From a virus (lineage: Duplodnaviria > Caudoviricetes): a stretch of 64,000 bases of DNA. Where the stretch lies: positions 110,671 to 174,670 of IMG/VR virus record IMGVR_UViG_2974655483_000001; one strand, given 5' to 3'. The notes beneath the pieces are model-generated. The model saw only the letters and a program-made list of their open reading frames with translations. It had not been told where the DNA came from and searched no databases. A program made the translations under genes and the position numbers. Positions 1 through 9,340 of this stretch are shown piece by piece; the first letter of the stretch is position 1; each line of letters opens with the position of its first letter.

Positions 1-59
1 TTATTAATCTGCAGGAGCGTAAAATCTCCGCGTTTGCAGCATTTTTAAAGAGTTTGTGA
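1..59 (+). CDS. g21: 3' end of prohead protease (gp21), partial
   Basis: Frame reads ...INLQERKISAFAAFLKSL*, directly upstream of g22-g23 in T4-like order. Confidence 0.7.
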   Translation, partial: INLQERKISAFAAFLKSL

Positions 60-61
60 TT

Positions 62-69
62 TATAAATA
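62..69 (+). promoter_or_regulatory. T4-type late promoter TATAAATA
   Basis: Exact TATAAATA upstream of g22. Confidence 0.8.
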
Positions 70-108
70 ATAAAAGATAACGCTACTATGCATAACGGAG
101 AATATCAA

Positions 109-1128
109 ATGTCTGAGACCCTCGACAAAAACTTAGATAATATGGAGTCTGTGACCGAAGGTTCCAACGCAGTTACCAAAGACGCCAAGCCTGGCGAAAA
201 AATTGACACCTCTAAGGGTGGAGCATCTAAGGTAATTGATGTTACTTCTGATTCAGAAGAAGGTGCTAAAGGAACTAAGAATGCAGGCAAATCTGCAGCA
301 GCACCTGTAGGTAAGGCACCTGTTCCAAGTACCAAGCCAAGTGACGCATCTGCTAAAATGGAGGAAACGGAAGATGGCGAAGAAGAAGTCCTCGCTGAAA
401 CCGACCTCGACTTTACTGAAGATGTTGACGCTCTTGTCGCTGGTGAAGACCTCTCAGAAGAGTTCCGTTTAAAAGCAGCAACAATCTTTGAAGCCGCTGT
501 AACCAGTCGTGTTAACAAAGAAGCAGCAGCGTTGCAAGAAGCGTATGAATCTACGCTGACTGAAGAAGTCGAAAAGATCCAAACAGAATTGGCCGAGAAG
601 GTTGACAACTACCTGACTTATGCCGCTGAATCCTGGATGAAGGAAAATGCTCTCCAGGTTGAGCACGGTATTAAGACTGAAATGGCAGAGTCATTCTTCA
701 ACGGTCTAAAAGGTCTTTTCCTTGAGCATAACTTTAGCGTGCCCGAGGAAAAATTCAACATGCTTGACGGCATGGTTGGAGAAATTGATGAAATGGAAGC
801 TAAACTCAACGAGCAAATCGACGCTAATGTTGCTTTAAATAAGCGTATTGGCGAGTTTGTCAAAATGGAAATTGTGAACGAAGTCGCTGCAGGTCTCGCT
901 GAGACTCAGAAGGAGAAGCTTGCTTCTCTGGCAGAGGGTGTTGAGTTTGAAACTGAAGAAGACTTTCGAAAGAAAGTCGAAACGATTAAGGAATCCTACT
1001 TTACCCGTAAGGCTGAAGTTGCTTCTGCAACCGACCCCACCGAAGAAGTTTCGGAACCCCTTGTCGAAGAAAACCTAGGCGGAACAATGTCGAAATACGT
1101 TGATGCAATCGCCCGTTGGTCTAAATAA
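109..1128 (+). CDS. g22: Prohead core scaffolding protein gp22
   Basis: Acidic coiled coil, LSEEF..KAATIFEAAV motif, position before the major capsid gene; GGAG RBS favours ATG 109. Confidence 0.92.
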   Translation: MSETLDKNLDNMESVTEGSNAVTKDAKPGEKIDTSKGGASKVIDVTSDSEEGAKGTKNAGKSAAAPVGKAPVPSTKPSDASAKMEETEDGEEEVLAETDLDFTEDVDALVAGEDLSEEFRLKAATIFEAAVTSRVNKEAAALQEAYESTLTEEVEKIQTELAEKVDNYLTYAAESWMKENALQVEHGIKTEMAESFFNGLKGLFLEHNFSVPEEKFNMLDGMVGEIDEMEAKLNEQIDANVALNKRIGEFVKMEIVNEVAAGLAETQKEKLASLAEGVEFETEEDFRKKVETIKESYFTRKAEVASATDPTEEVSEPLVEENLGGTMSKYVDAIARWSK

Positions 1129-1166
1129 TTAATTAACTTTATCTACTTTTTAACTCGGAGATACAA

Positions 1167-2543
1167 ATGTCTTTACGTCAACTCCAGGAGAAGTGGGCAC
1201 CCGTTCTGAATCACGATGCTCTTCCAGAGATTCAAGATTCCCATAAGCGTGGCGTCATCGCTCAACTCCTCGAAAACCAAGAAAAAGCACAAGTCGAAGA
1301 AGGACAAATCCTTAACGAGACTCTTCAAACAACTGGCTACACTGGTGCCAGCACAGCGACAGGTCCTGTTGCAGGTTTCGACCCTGTACTGATCAGCCTC
1401 ATCCGTCGCTCCATGCCTCAGCTTATCGCTTATGATATTGCTGGCGTTCAACCGATGACTGGTCCTACTGGACTTATCTTCGCAATGCGTACGAACTACG
1501 GTTCTGAGCGCGATCCTAATGCCTCTGGTTACGACGAAGCATTCTTCAACGAGCCTAACGCTGGTTTCTCTGGTGGTCCTGGTGCATACGATCCTGGTGC
1601 ATCAAGTTCTACTGACAACGATGCAGAAGGAAACAACCCTGGACTTCTCAATGATTCCCCCGCTGGAACCTATGAGTTGACTGGCGATGCTCAGGGCATG
1701 TCAACAGGAACTGCTGAAGCTCTCGATGACTCTGCATCTAACACGGCATTCCGTGAGATGGGTTTCTCGATCGAGAAAGTCACTGTAACCGCCAAGGCAC
1801 GCGCCCTGAAGGCTGAGTACAGCATCGAGATGGCACAAGACCTGAAGGCGATTCACGGTCTGGATGCTGAAACTGAACTGGCTAACATCCTCAGCACAGA
1901 GATTCTTGCTGAAATCAACCGCGAAGTCGTTCGTACTATCGTAGTTAACGCTGTTGCTGGTGCTCAGAACAATACCGCTACTGCTGGTATCTTTGACCTC
2001 GATGTTGATTCCAACGGTCGCTGGTCTGTTGAGAAGTTCAAAGGACTTCTTTTCCAAATCGAAAGAGATGCTAACGCTATCGGTCAGCAAACTCGTCGTG
2101 GCAAAGGCAACATCCTGATCTGTTCTGCCGACGTTGCTTCTGCACTGGGTATGGCTGGTGTTCTTGACTACACCCCTGCTCTTGCTGGTAACAACGGTCT
2201 TACAGGCGTTGATGACACCTCCAGCACACTGGTTGGTACACTCAACGGTCGTATCAAGGTCTATGTTGATCCTTACTCAGCAAACGTTGCTGATAAGCAC
2301 TTCTATGTTTCTGGTTATAAGGGTACTTCACCTTATGACGCTGGTCTGTTCTATTGCCCATATGTTCCTCTTCAGCAGGTTCGTGCAATTAACCCTAACA
2401 CCTTCCAACCAAAAATCGGTTTCAAGACTCGCTACGGCATGGTCTCGAACCCCTTCTCTGGTGGTCTTACCCAAGGCAGCGGTGCTCTTACCGCCAACGC
2501 CAACAAGTACTACCGTCGTGTACAGGTTGCAAACTTGATGTGA
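1167..2543 (+). CDS. g23: Major capsid protein gp23
   Basis: DPVLISLIRR, GVQPMTGPTGLIFAMR, RALKAEYS, YCPYVPL, FQPKIGFKTRYG motifs. Confidence 0.99.
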   Translation: MSLRQLQEKWAPVLNHDALPEIQDSHKRGVIAQLLENQEKAQVEEGQILNETLQTTGYTGASTATGPVAGFDPVLISLIRRSMPQLIAYDIAGVQPMTGPTGLIFAMRTNYGSERDPNASGYDEAFFNEPNAGFSGGPGAYDPGASSSTDNDAEGNNPGLLNDSPAGTYELTGDAQGMSTGTAEALDDSASNTAFREMGFSIEKVTVTAKARALKAEYSIEMAQDLKAIHGLDAETELANILSTEILAEINREVVRTIVVNAVAGAQNNTATAGIFDLDVDSNGRWSVEKFKGLLFQIERDANAIGQQTRRGKGNILICSADVASALGMAGVLDYTPALAGNNGLTGVDDTSSTLVGTLNGRIKVYVDPYSANVADKHFYVSGYKGTSPYDAGLFYCPYVPLQQVRAINPNTFQPKIGFKTRYGMVSNPFSGGLTQGSGALTANANKYYRRVQVANLM

Positions 2544-2571
2544 TATCAGCCTTTGGGCATATCATTCTTCG

Positions 2572-2597
2572 GACCCCTCTTAGAGGGGTCTTTTTTT
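2572..2597 (+). terminator. Intrinsic terminator after g23, overlapping a late promoter (TATAAATA 2597-2604)
   Basis: GACCCCTC-TTA-GAGGGGTC followed by T7. Confidence 0.85.
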
Positions 2598-2628
2598 ATA
2601 AATAAAGTTACCAACGCAATGGTAACCC

Positions 2629-2937
2629 ATGAGATCAAATCTGGAAGAACGAAGAGAATATCAAAGACGCCGTAGAGATAAACGGAAAGATATGCTGGTA
2701 GAAAAGTTTGGTGATAAATGTCATGACTGTGGTGATACATTTCACAAGTGCATGTATGATTTCCATCATGTCAATCCCTTAGAGAAAAAGTTTGAGATTG
2801 CACCAGCATTAGATAGAAACTGGGATACAATCTTAGAGGAGATTGAAAAGTGTGTAATGCTCTGCTCAAACTGTCACAGACTCAGACATTACAACGAAGA
2901 TAGAGGTTCTACAGTATTTGCCAGTAATCTTGTCTAG
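2629..2937 (+). CDS. Small HNH endonuclease
   Basis: CHDC...DFHHVNP...CVMLCSNCHRLRH zinc/HNH pattern. Confidence 0.85.
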   Translation: MRSNLEERREYQRRRRDKRKDMLVEKFGDKCHDCGDTFHKCMYDFHHVNPLEKKFEIAPALDRNWDTILEEIEKCVMLCSNCHRLRHYNEDRGSTVFASNLV

Positions 2938-3080
2938 GTATAAATTAGTAGGCAATAATATTCGTTGCATAAAGTTAGTATTTCCTGACAAATCAGCCTA
3001 GATAGTATAGAATTATGAGGTGACCAAATGAACCCAAACTTTAATTATATTATGAGTCACATTTCCTGATAGTAAAACCA

Positions 3081-3239
3081 ATGAATAACATCACTTCTAG
3101 AAATCAATTATATGAATGGTCTCATTTTGAAGATTCTGCAGAACTAGAAAAAATTAACGATTACTACGAATGTTTAATTGAATGTACCGATACACATCAA
3201 GCATCATGTAAAAGAATCTGTAAAGAGGTGCTTATGTAA
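3081..3239 (+). CDS. 52-aa cysteine-motif hypothetical protein
   Basis: Translated by hand: MNNITSRNQLYEWSHFEDSAELEKINDYYECLIECTDTHQASCKRICKEVLM; paired CxxxC motifs; followed by a terminator. Confidence 0.75.
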   Translation: MNNITSRNQLYEWSHFEDSAELEKINDYYECLIECTDTHQASCKRICKEVLM

Positions 3240-3275
3240 GTCGTATACATATTGTACCGTGTGAAGGAAGTGAAG

Positions 3276-3302
3276 GAGGTCTCAATAGAGACCTCTTTTT
3301 TT
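3276..3302 (+). terminator. Intrinsic terminator
   Basis: GAGGTCTC-AATA-GAGACCTC + T7. Confidence 0.85.
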
Positions 3303-3335
3303 ATACCTAAATATCTCTAGATAGAATGATTTATT

Positions 3336-3926
3336 ATGATTACTGATAGTAAATTTGAGGATTTTATTGGCATCTTTGATACTGATTATGATACTTCAGA
3401 TCTTATTGAGTATTTTGAGTATCAAAATAAATGTGGTGCCACCTTTGGAAGAAAGGGATTATTTGGTAAGGAGCGAAAGGCACATGCAAGAATTGATAAC
3501 AGTTTAGTTACTGAAGAGTTTATGCTCGATCACTCCTGCGGTTATCCATACATGAGATCATATAATGAAGTTGTCAGTTCCTGTTTGGCGAGATATATTG
3601 ATAAGTATGAACAACTTCTACATTATAGATATCAACAAGTTTATTTAAATGTGCAGAAAACTTTGCCTCAGCAAGGTTATCATGCTTGGCATGACGAGAA
3701 AGGATCAATGGGATGTAATCGAAGGGTTGCAGCAACTATGATGTATCTCAATGATGTTGATGACGGTGGAGAAACTGAGTTTTTATATCAATCTAAAAGA
3801 TATAAACCAGTAAGAGGAAGAGTTCTTATTTGGCCAGCAGGTTACACTCATGTCCATAGAGGAAATCCTCCTCTATCAGGCGAAAAATATATCGCCACTT
3901 CTTGGTTAGAAAACATAAACGCATAA
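3336..3926 (+). CDS. 2OG-Fe(II) oxygenase (prolyl-hydroxylase-like)
   Basis: YHAWHDE, MYLNDVDDGGETEF, THVHRG, KYIATSW. Confidence 0.9.
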   Translation: MITDSKFEDFIGIFDTDYDTSDLIEYFEYQNKCGATFGRKGLFGKERKAHARIDNSLVTEEFMLDHSCGYPYMRSYNEVVSSCLARYIDKYEQLLHYRYQQVYLNVQKTLPQQGYHAWHDEKGSMGCNRRVAATMMYLNDVDDGGETEFLYQSKRYKPVRGRVLIWPAGYTHVHRGNPPLSGEKYIATSWLENINA

Positions 3927-3927
3927 A

Positions 3928-4476
3928 ATGGCAAACTGGTATAACGATCAATTAACAAACAGAAACTTTTTGTCTCCTATCGGATTTATATTCGTTTTGG
4001 ATAAGGCAAACAAGGTATCATTTCTGTGTCAAAAAGCAGAGATCCCTCCCATCACATTAGGAGATGTTCAGATTCCAACTAGAGGATTAGTTCCAATTCC
4101 TGTTGAAGGAAACATGCGTTACAACGATTTCACTATAGATTTTATCGTAGATGAGGACTTAGAGAACTATATGCAGATTCATAACTGGATGCGTGCATTA
4201 GGTACTCCTCAAGAGTTGAAAGAAAGAAAACTTTGGAATGATAAGTATCGGAATGATTCTACAAGAGATGCAAGATTTTCTGATGCCACTCTTCAAGTTT
4301 TAAATAATAACAACATTGCAAATTTCGATGTTGTATTTAAAGATATGTTCCCCACAGATTTATCTACACTTGCATTCGATGTTACTGGTTCTGATAATGA
4401 TTATTTCATAGCAACAGCATCATTCAAATACACTTTATATGAGATTAGAAATGTTAACAGTCAGACTAGACGATGA
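3928..4476 (+). CDS. g3: Tail tube terminator / tail completion protein gp3
   Basis: NRNFLSPIGF, FIVDEDLENY..IHNW, SDATL motifs; synteny. Confidence 0.85.
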   Translation: MANWYNDQLTNRNFLSPIGFIFVLDKANKVSFLCQKAEIPPITLGDVQIPTRGLVPIPVEGNMRYNDFTIDFIVDEDLENYMQIHNWMRALGTPQELKERKLWNDKYRNDSTRDARFSDATLQVLNNNNIANFDVVFKDMFPTDLSTLAFDVTGSDNDYFIATASFKYTLYEIRNVNSQTRR

Positions 4477-4640
4477 GTAATTGGAAACACCACGCTCTAG
4501 ATGACCCCAATTTAAAATACAAACACGCTCGAATTATTATTAATGGCCCAAAGTCCTTGTCTCAGGCATGGATATTACAAGCAATGAAATTGAAGTATAG
4601 TTATGAATCTCGAATCGCTACAAGAAATGTGGAAGACTGA
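4473..4640 (+). CDS. 55-aa hypothetical protein
   Basis: ATGA-coupled to g3; MSNWKHHALDDPNLKYKHARIIINGPKSLSQAWILQAMKLKY... Confidence 0.6.
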   Translation: MSNWKHHALDDPNLKYKHARIIINGPKSLSQAWILQAMKLKYSYESRIATRNVED

Positions 4641-5031
4641 TTCCGTATTGGATGATGATCTACATGATAATGACTCTTTGAAAATTCCTCAACTCCATGC
4701 AAAATATATGGAGTATTACAATACTTTCTCACTTATGAAGAGTGAGAGAGAGATTGAGTTGAATCGAATTACTAGAGAGAAATGGTTATATTACAAGGGA
4801 AAGGCACCAGCAGCAATCTACAAGGAAATGCCTTTTGATTTAAAACTTACAACTAAAGAAGAGATATCAATGTTCATCGCTGCTGATGAGGACATTGGAA
4901 AAATTCAATACAAGATAGGATATATAACTCAAGTTCTATGTTTCCTTGATGGCGTGCTACGACAAATTAACAATCGTAGTTTTCATATTAAAAACGCCAT
5001 TGAATGGAAAAGATTTCAGTCTGGTATGTGA
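4603..5031 (+). CDS. uvsY: Recombination mediator UvsY
   Basis: SLKIPQLHAKY, KWLYYKGKA, R.FHIKNAIEW.RF motifs. Confidence 0.92.
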   Translation: MNLESLQEMWKTDSVLDDDLHDNDSLKIPQLHAKYMEYYNTFSLMKSEREIELNRITREKWLYYKGKAPAAIYKEMPFDLKLTTKEEISMFIAADEDIGKIQYKIGYITQVLCFLDGVLRQINNRSFHIKNAIEWKRFQSGM

Positions 5032-5582
5032 TGCATTACGGTTTATATTATAAACAAGTTTCTTTTAATCGCCAGTCGATGCAAGTAGTCAATACTGCAT
5101 TATCTGGCAATTCTTTTAAGTGGCACGATGGTCAGTTGCATGATCAAAAAAATGAAACAAAACGAAAATCTAAAATAGCATGGGTGAGAGATGATCAGTT
5201 ATACATCCTGTTACTTAAGATGGTAAAGCATGTGAATAGGGATGCTGGATGGAACTTTAATATTACTGGAGTTGAACCAATTCAATATGGTTTATATGAA
5301 CCAGGGGGTACATACAATTGGCATGTAGACCAGCATCCAAAACCTGTTCGGGGTTGTGTAAGAAAGATTAGTATGTCTCTTTTTTTAAATGATGACTATG
5401 AAGGAGGGGAGTTTGATTTGGAGATATATAGTCCAGGGGTAGAACCTAGGTATAAATCTTTCAAAACAACACCAGGAACTGCCGTTTTCTTCCAAGGTGA
5501 TCAATGGCACAGGGTTAGACCTGTAACATCAGGATTGCGTAAATCTCTTGTAGCATGGTTTTATGGACCTCCGTATTCGTAA
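5031..5582 (+). CDS. 2OG-Fe(II) oxygenase (PKHD-type)
   Basis: YNWHVD, RKISMSLFLNDDYEGGEF, WHRVRPVTSGLRKSLVAW. Confidence 0.9.
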   Translation: MHYGLYYKQVSFNRQSMQVVNTALSGNSFKWHDGQLHDQKNETKRKSKIAWVRDDQLYILLLKMVKHVNRDAGWNFNITGVEPIQYGLYEPGGTYNWHVDQHPKPVRGCVRKISMSLFLNDDYEGGEFDLEIYSPGVEPRYKSFKTTPGTAVFFQGDQWHRVRPVTSGLRKSLVAWFYGPPYS

Positions 5583-7029
5583 AAAGAATGAAGTTTATCT
5601 TAAGATTGAGGCAGAACCTCATATTAATTATGAACTAGCAGATTATTTTTGTTTTGAAGTTGAGTCTGCTAAGTATATGCAGAAGCAACGTCGTTGGAAA
5701 GGATGGGACGGAAAGATCCGTTTGTACTCACCAGCAACAGGAGAAATTTATTGTGGTCTCTTAGACTATCTTTTGGAGTGGGCAGACGAGAAGAAGTATC
5801 AATATAAGTTTGAAGAGTGTAAGTTCTTTGGTCATCCTCTAGCACAGAATGAGTTCATCACTCCTGAGGGTGTTGTAGGTTTTGTAAAGTCTCTTCGCTT
5901 ACCGTATCCCGTTCGGGATTATCAGTATAAAGCAATATACGAGGCATTAAAATATAATAGAAGACTTTTATTATCACCAACAGCTTCTGGAAAGTCTCTG
6001 ATGATTTATGCATTGGTACGCTTCCATGTAAATGCAAATAGAAATATATTAATTGTTGTCCCAACTACATCTCTAGTTGAGCAGATGTATAAAGACTTTG
6101 AGGAATACGGATGGGTGTGTGCCGAAAACTGCCACAAGATATATGCGGGGCAGGAAAAATACACGAACCATCAGGTGGTAATTACCACTTGGCAATCTAT
6201 CTATAAGGAACCTCGTAAGTGGTTTGACAGGTTTGATGTGGTCATCGGTGACGAGGCACACCTTTTCAAAGCTAAATCTCTTACGTCTCTTATGGGTAAG
6301 TTGCATGAATGTAAGTATCGTATTGGATTTACAGGAACTCTTGATGGTGCAAATGTCAATCAATTAGTTCTGGAAGGTGTATTTGGTAGGTGCTCACAGG
6401 TTACAAGAACTGCACAACTAATGCAAGAAGGACATGTTGCTAAGTTGAAAGTAAAAATTGTTCTAGTAAAACATGAAGAGAAACTGTTTGAAGGTTATCA
6501 AGATGAGATCGGATACCTTGTGGAGCATGAAAGTAGGAACAAATTTATTCGCAATCTTGCTTGTGACTTGAAAGGAAATACTCTAGTGTTATTCAACTAT
6601 GTAGAGCGTCATGGGGTGCCTCTTTATGAGATGATAAATAGTTACACCGAAAGACCAGTACATTTTGTACACGGTGGTGTAGATGTTAGTGACCGTGAAG
6701 ACATTAGACTACTAACTGAAAAGTCTGACAATGCAATCATTGTTGCTTCTTATGGTACTTTTTCTACAGGCATCAACATTAAAAACCTACACAACGTTAT
6801 CTTCGCAAGTCCTTCAAAGTCCAGAGTTCGCAACCTACAATCTATTGGTCGTGTTCTAAGGAAAGGCGAAAATAAATCTCAAGCAACATTATATGATATT
6901 GCTGATGATATCTCTACCGATAGAGGTAACAACTATACACTCAACCATTTAATGGAAAGAGTTAAAGTATACAATCAAGAAAAATTTAATTATGAAATCA
7001 TAGATGTCAACTTAAAAACTTATGATTAA
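5563..7029 (+). CDS. uvsW: UvsW SF2 helicase
   Basis: SPTASGKS Walker A, DEAH, QSIGRVLR. Confidence 0.96.
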   Translation: MDLRIRKKNEVYLKIEAEPHINYELADYFCFEVESAKYMQKQRRWKGWDGKIRLYSPATGEIYCGLLDYLLEWADEKKYQYKFEECKFFGHPLAQNEFITPEGVVGFVKSLRLPYPVRDYQYKAIYEALKYNRRLLLSPTASGKSLMIYALVRFHVNANRNILIVVPTTSLVEQMYKDFEEYGWVCAENCHKIYAGQEKYTNHQVVITTWQSIYKEPRKWFDRFDVVIGDEAHLFKAKSLTSLMGKLHECKYRIGFTGTLDGANVNQLVLEGVFGRCSQVTRTAQLMQEGHVAKLKVKIVLVKHEEKLFEGYQDEIGYLVEHESRNKFIRNLACDLKGNTLVLFNYVERHGVPLYEMINSYTERPVHFVHGGVDVSDREDIRLLTEKSDNAIIVASYGTFSTGINIKNLHNVIFASPSKSRVRNLQSIGRVLRKGENKSQATLYDIADDISTDRGNNYTLNHLMERVKVYNQEKFNYEIIDVNLKTYD

Positions 7030-7441
7030 TTACGCAAGACATGATGAAGAATTCTACGGAGTTTTCAAACTTCTTAATGGTGAGGAAGTTTTAGGTAAAG
7101 CAGTGCTTACAGAAGATGAGGGTGAAACCTTAGTTTTTCTCCAAGATCCTGTTTGCACCCAAGTCATTCATAAAGAACTTGAAGAAGGGAAAATGATTCG
7201 TGGAGTGGGATTTTCAAAATGGATGCAATTTTCTAATGAGGACTTCTTCATTTTACGCGAGAAGGATATCCTTACTGTTACCTCAATGAGTAAAGAAGTT
7301 TCATACTTATACGAAGCTTTTATTCTTAGTGAAGATGACGAGAAGTCATCCAAAACCAAAGTAGAACTAGAACCCGAGATGGGTTATCTAGGTAAAATTG
7401 ATGAAGCAAGAAAACTCTTAGAGAAGATTTATAGAAGCTAG
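7022..7441 (+). CDS. Conserved hypothetical protein (Sm-like N-terminus)
   Basis: KLLNGEEVLG pattern; lies between uvsW and g55. Confidence 0.75.
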   Translation: MINYARHDEEFYGVFKLLNGEEVLGKAVLTEDEGETLVFLQDPVCTQVIHKELEEGKMIRGVGFSKWMQFSNEDFFILREKDILTVTSMSKEVSYLYEAFILSEDDEKSSKTKVELEPEMGYLGKIDEARKLLEKIYRS

Positions 7442-7466
7442 TAGTTCTCTGAACCTCCACAAGGTT

Positions 7467-7507
7467 ATTATACAGAGACTTGACGATTCTGTCAAGTATG
7501 TTATAAT
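7467..7507. promoter_or_regulatory. Overlapping divergent sigma70-type promoters
   Basis: + strand TTGACG(7480)-N16-TATAAT(7502); - strand TTGACA(7495-7490)-N17-TATAAT(7472-7467). Confidence 0.75.
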
Positions 7508-7527
7508 ATTAACAAAGCAGATACCAT

Positions 7528-8064
7528 ATGAAAACGCCTGTTAAAAAACAAAAACAACATTACGTTGATAATCAAGAGTTTCTTGCTGCAATAATTGTAT
7601 ATAAAAAGAAACTTCTTTCTGTAGCAGAGCAAGAGATTCCTGGATTTCTAGATCTTCCTCATAACAAACAGGTGCAAGCTCTTAAGAAGTGGGATAGTCC
7701 TAAGAAACCCAGAGTGAATAATTACATTGGTGGATGCTTTCTGAAGATTGCAACTCACCTTTCATATCGTCCTAACTTTATTAACTACATGTATAAGGAA
7801 GATATGATTTGTGATGGTATTGAAAATTGTATTCAATATATTAACAATTTTGATCCTGAAAAATCCAAGAATCCGTTTGCATACTTTACACAGATTGTAT
7901 ACTATGCATTCTTGAGAAGAATTCAAAAAGAAAAAAGACAGATGGAAATTAAAGATAAGATTCTAGAGAAATCTGGTTATGAACATGTCTTTAGTATTGA
8001 CGGAGATGTTGATTCGGGGTATAATCAGATCAAGTCCCGTGTGGAGATGAACTCGAAACGATGA
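7528..8064 (+). CDS. g55: Late transcription sigma factor gp55
   Basis: HYVDNQEF, LSYRPNFINY, DMICDGIENC, KSKNPFAYFTQI.YYAFLRRI. Confidence 0.96.
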   Translation: MKTPVKKQKQHYVDNQEFLAAIIVYKKKLLSVAEQEIPGFLDLPHNKQVQALKKWDSPKKPRVNNYIGGCFLKIATHLSYRPNFINYMYKEDMICDGIENCIQYINNFDPEKSKNPFAYFTQIVYYAFLRRIQKEKRQMEIKDKILEKSGYEHVFSIDGDVDSGYNQIKSRVEMNSKR

Positions 8065-9092
8065 AGATCTTATTGATTACGGACCAGCACTTTGGTGTTC
8101 GTAACGACAATCAGTATTTTATTGAGAGTTATAGAAAATTTTATACCAATGTAGTTGTACCATACATAGACGCACATAATATTAAAAATGTTATTTGTCT
8201 GGGTGATACCTTTGATAAGAGACGTTCCATCAACTTTATGTCGCTGGAAGCAGCAAAAGAGATGTGGTTTACACCTCTTCAAGAGATGGGTGTTACGATG
8301 GATATGCTTGTAGGAAACCATGATATTTATTACAAGAATACTTTACGAGTTAACGCCCCAAGTGAGTTACTTGGAGAATACAACAACATCAGAGTACATA
8401 CCAAACCTACCACTGCTGTTTTCGGTGGTCTTTCTATACTCCTTCTCCCTTGGATTTGCGATGAAAATCGTGCAGAAGTTCTGGAAGAAGTAGGAAGTAC
8501 TGAAGCAAAAGTATGCATGGGTCATCTAGAACTCAATGGTTTTGAAGCACATCCTGGTCATGTAATGCAACATGGTATGGACAAGAATACATTCTCAAAA
8601 TTTAAGAAAGTATTTTCTGGACACTACCACATGAAATCCAATAAAGGTAATGTGTATTACTTGGGTAATCCTTATCAGTTGTATTGGAATGACTATGGAT
8701 GTAAAAGAGGGTTTCATGTATTTGATACCGATACTCTGAAGACAACTTTTATTAGAAATCCATTTGACACTTTCTATAAAGTGTATTATAATAATGGAGT
8801 AAGTTTGCCAGACTCTAGCGAACTACAAGGAGCATACGTCAAACTAATCGTAGAAGAGAAGGGAGACTATGCAAAGTTTGATTACACGGTCAATCAACTT
8901 CAAGGAATGTCTCTTGGTGATTTAAAAATCATCGAAGATCTTAATGCAGAAGTATCTAGTGATTCGGTGTTGGAAACCGAAGATACTATGACTCTTCTAG
9001 ATAACTACATAGATGAAATAGATCTTAAGGTTAGTAAATCTAATATTAAGAATCTAATGAGATCTCTATACATGGAAGCATCTGAAATCTAA
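8061..9092 (+). CDS. g47: Recombination endonuclease gp47 (SbcD/Mre11-like)
   Basis: DQH, GD, GNHD, SGHYH metallophosphoesterase motifs. Confidence 0.95.
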   Translation: MKILLITDQHFGVRNDNQYFIESYRKFYTNVVVPYIDAHNIKNVICLGDTFDKRRSINFMSLEAAKEMWFTPLQEMGVTMDMLVGNHDIYYKNTLRVNAPSELLGEYNNIRVHTKPTTAVFGGLSILLLPWICDENRAEVLEEVGSTEAKVCMGHLELNGFEAHPGHVMQHGMDKNTFSKFKKVFSGHYHMKSNKGNVYYLGNPYQLYWNDYGCKRGFHVFDTDTLKTTFIRNPFDTFYKVYYNNGVSLPDSSELQGAYVKLIVEEKGDYAKFDYTVNQLQGMSLGDLKIIEDLNAEVSSDSVLETEDTMTLLDNYIDEIDLKVSKSNIKNLMRSLYMEASEI

Positions 9093-9340
9093 TGTTCGTT
9101 TTAACAGACATAAACTCAGGCGGTATCTATGCTGTAACTAGCAAAGATTCAATCAAAACTGTCACTGTGTTTGAAGATCGAGACGACGCAGAACGGTATG
9201 TACAACTACTACTTGCCGATGATTATGAAGATGAACTAGAAATTTTTGAAGTTGACAAAGACGTTGTTGCTATCAACTGTAACACATACGGATATAGTTA
9301 TTCCGTTATTGAAAAAGATGATCTGATTATCCCCCCGTAA
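9092..9340 (+). CDS. Hypothetical protein (DUF3110-like)
   Basis: FEDRDDAERYVQLL and terminal IIPP pattern. Confidence 0.7.
   Translation: MFVLTDINSGGIYAVTSKDSIKTVTVFEDRDDAERYVQLLLADDYEDELEIFEVDKDVVAINCNTYGYSYSVIEKDDLIIPP

Noticed and set aside
105-608. Long antisense ORFs opposite g22 (similar ones at 1701-2090, 14197-14646, 37907-38446)
   Set aside because: Ser/Leu-rich shadows expected from sense-strand codon bias
2543-3928. Absence of vertex protein gene g24 after g23
   Set aside because: Usual for T4-like cyanophages, so not anomalous
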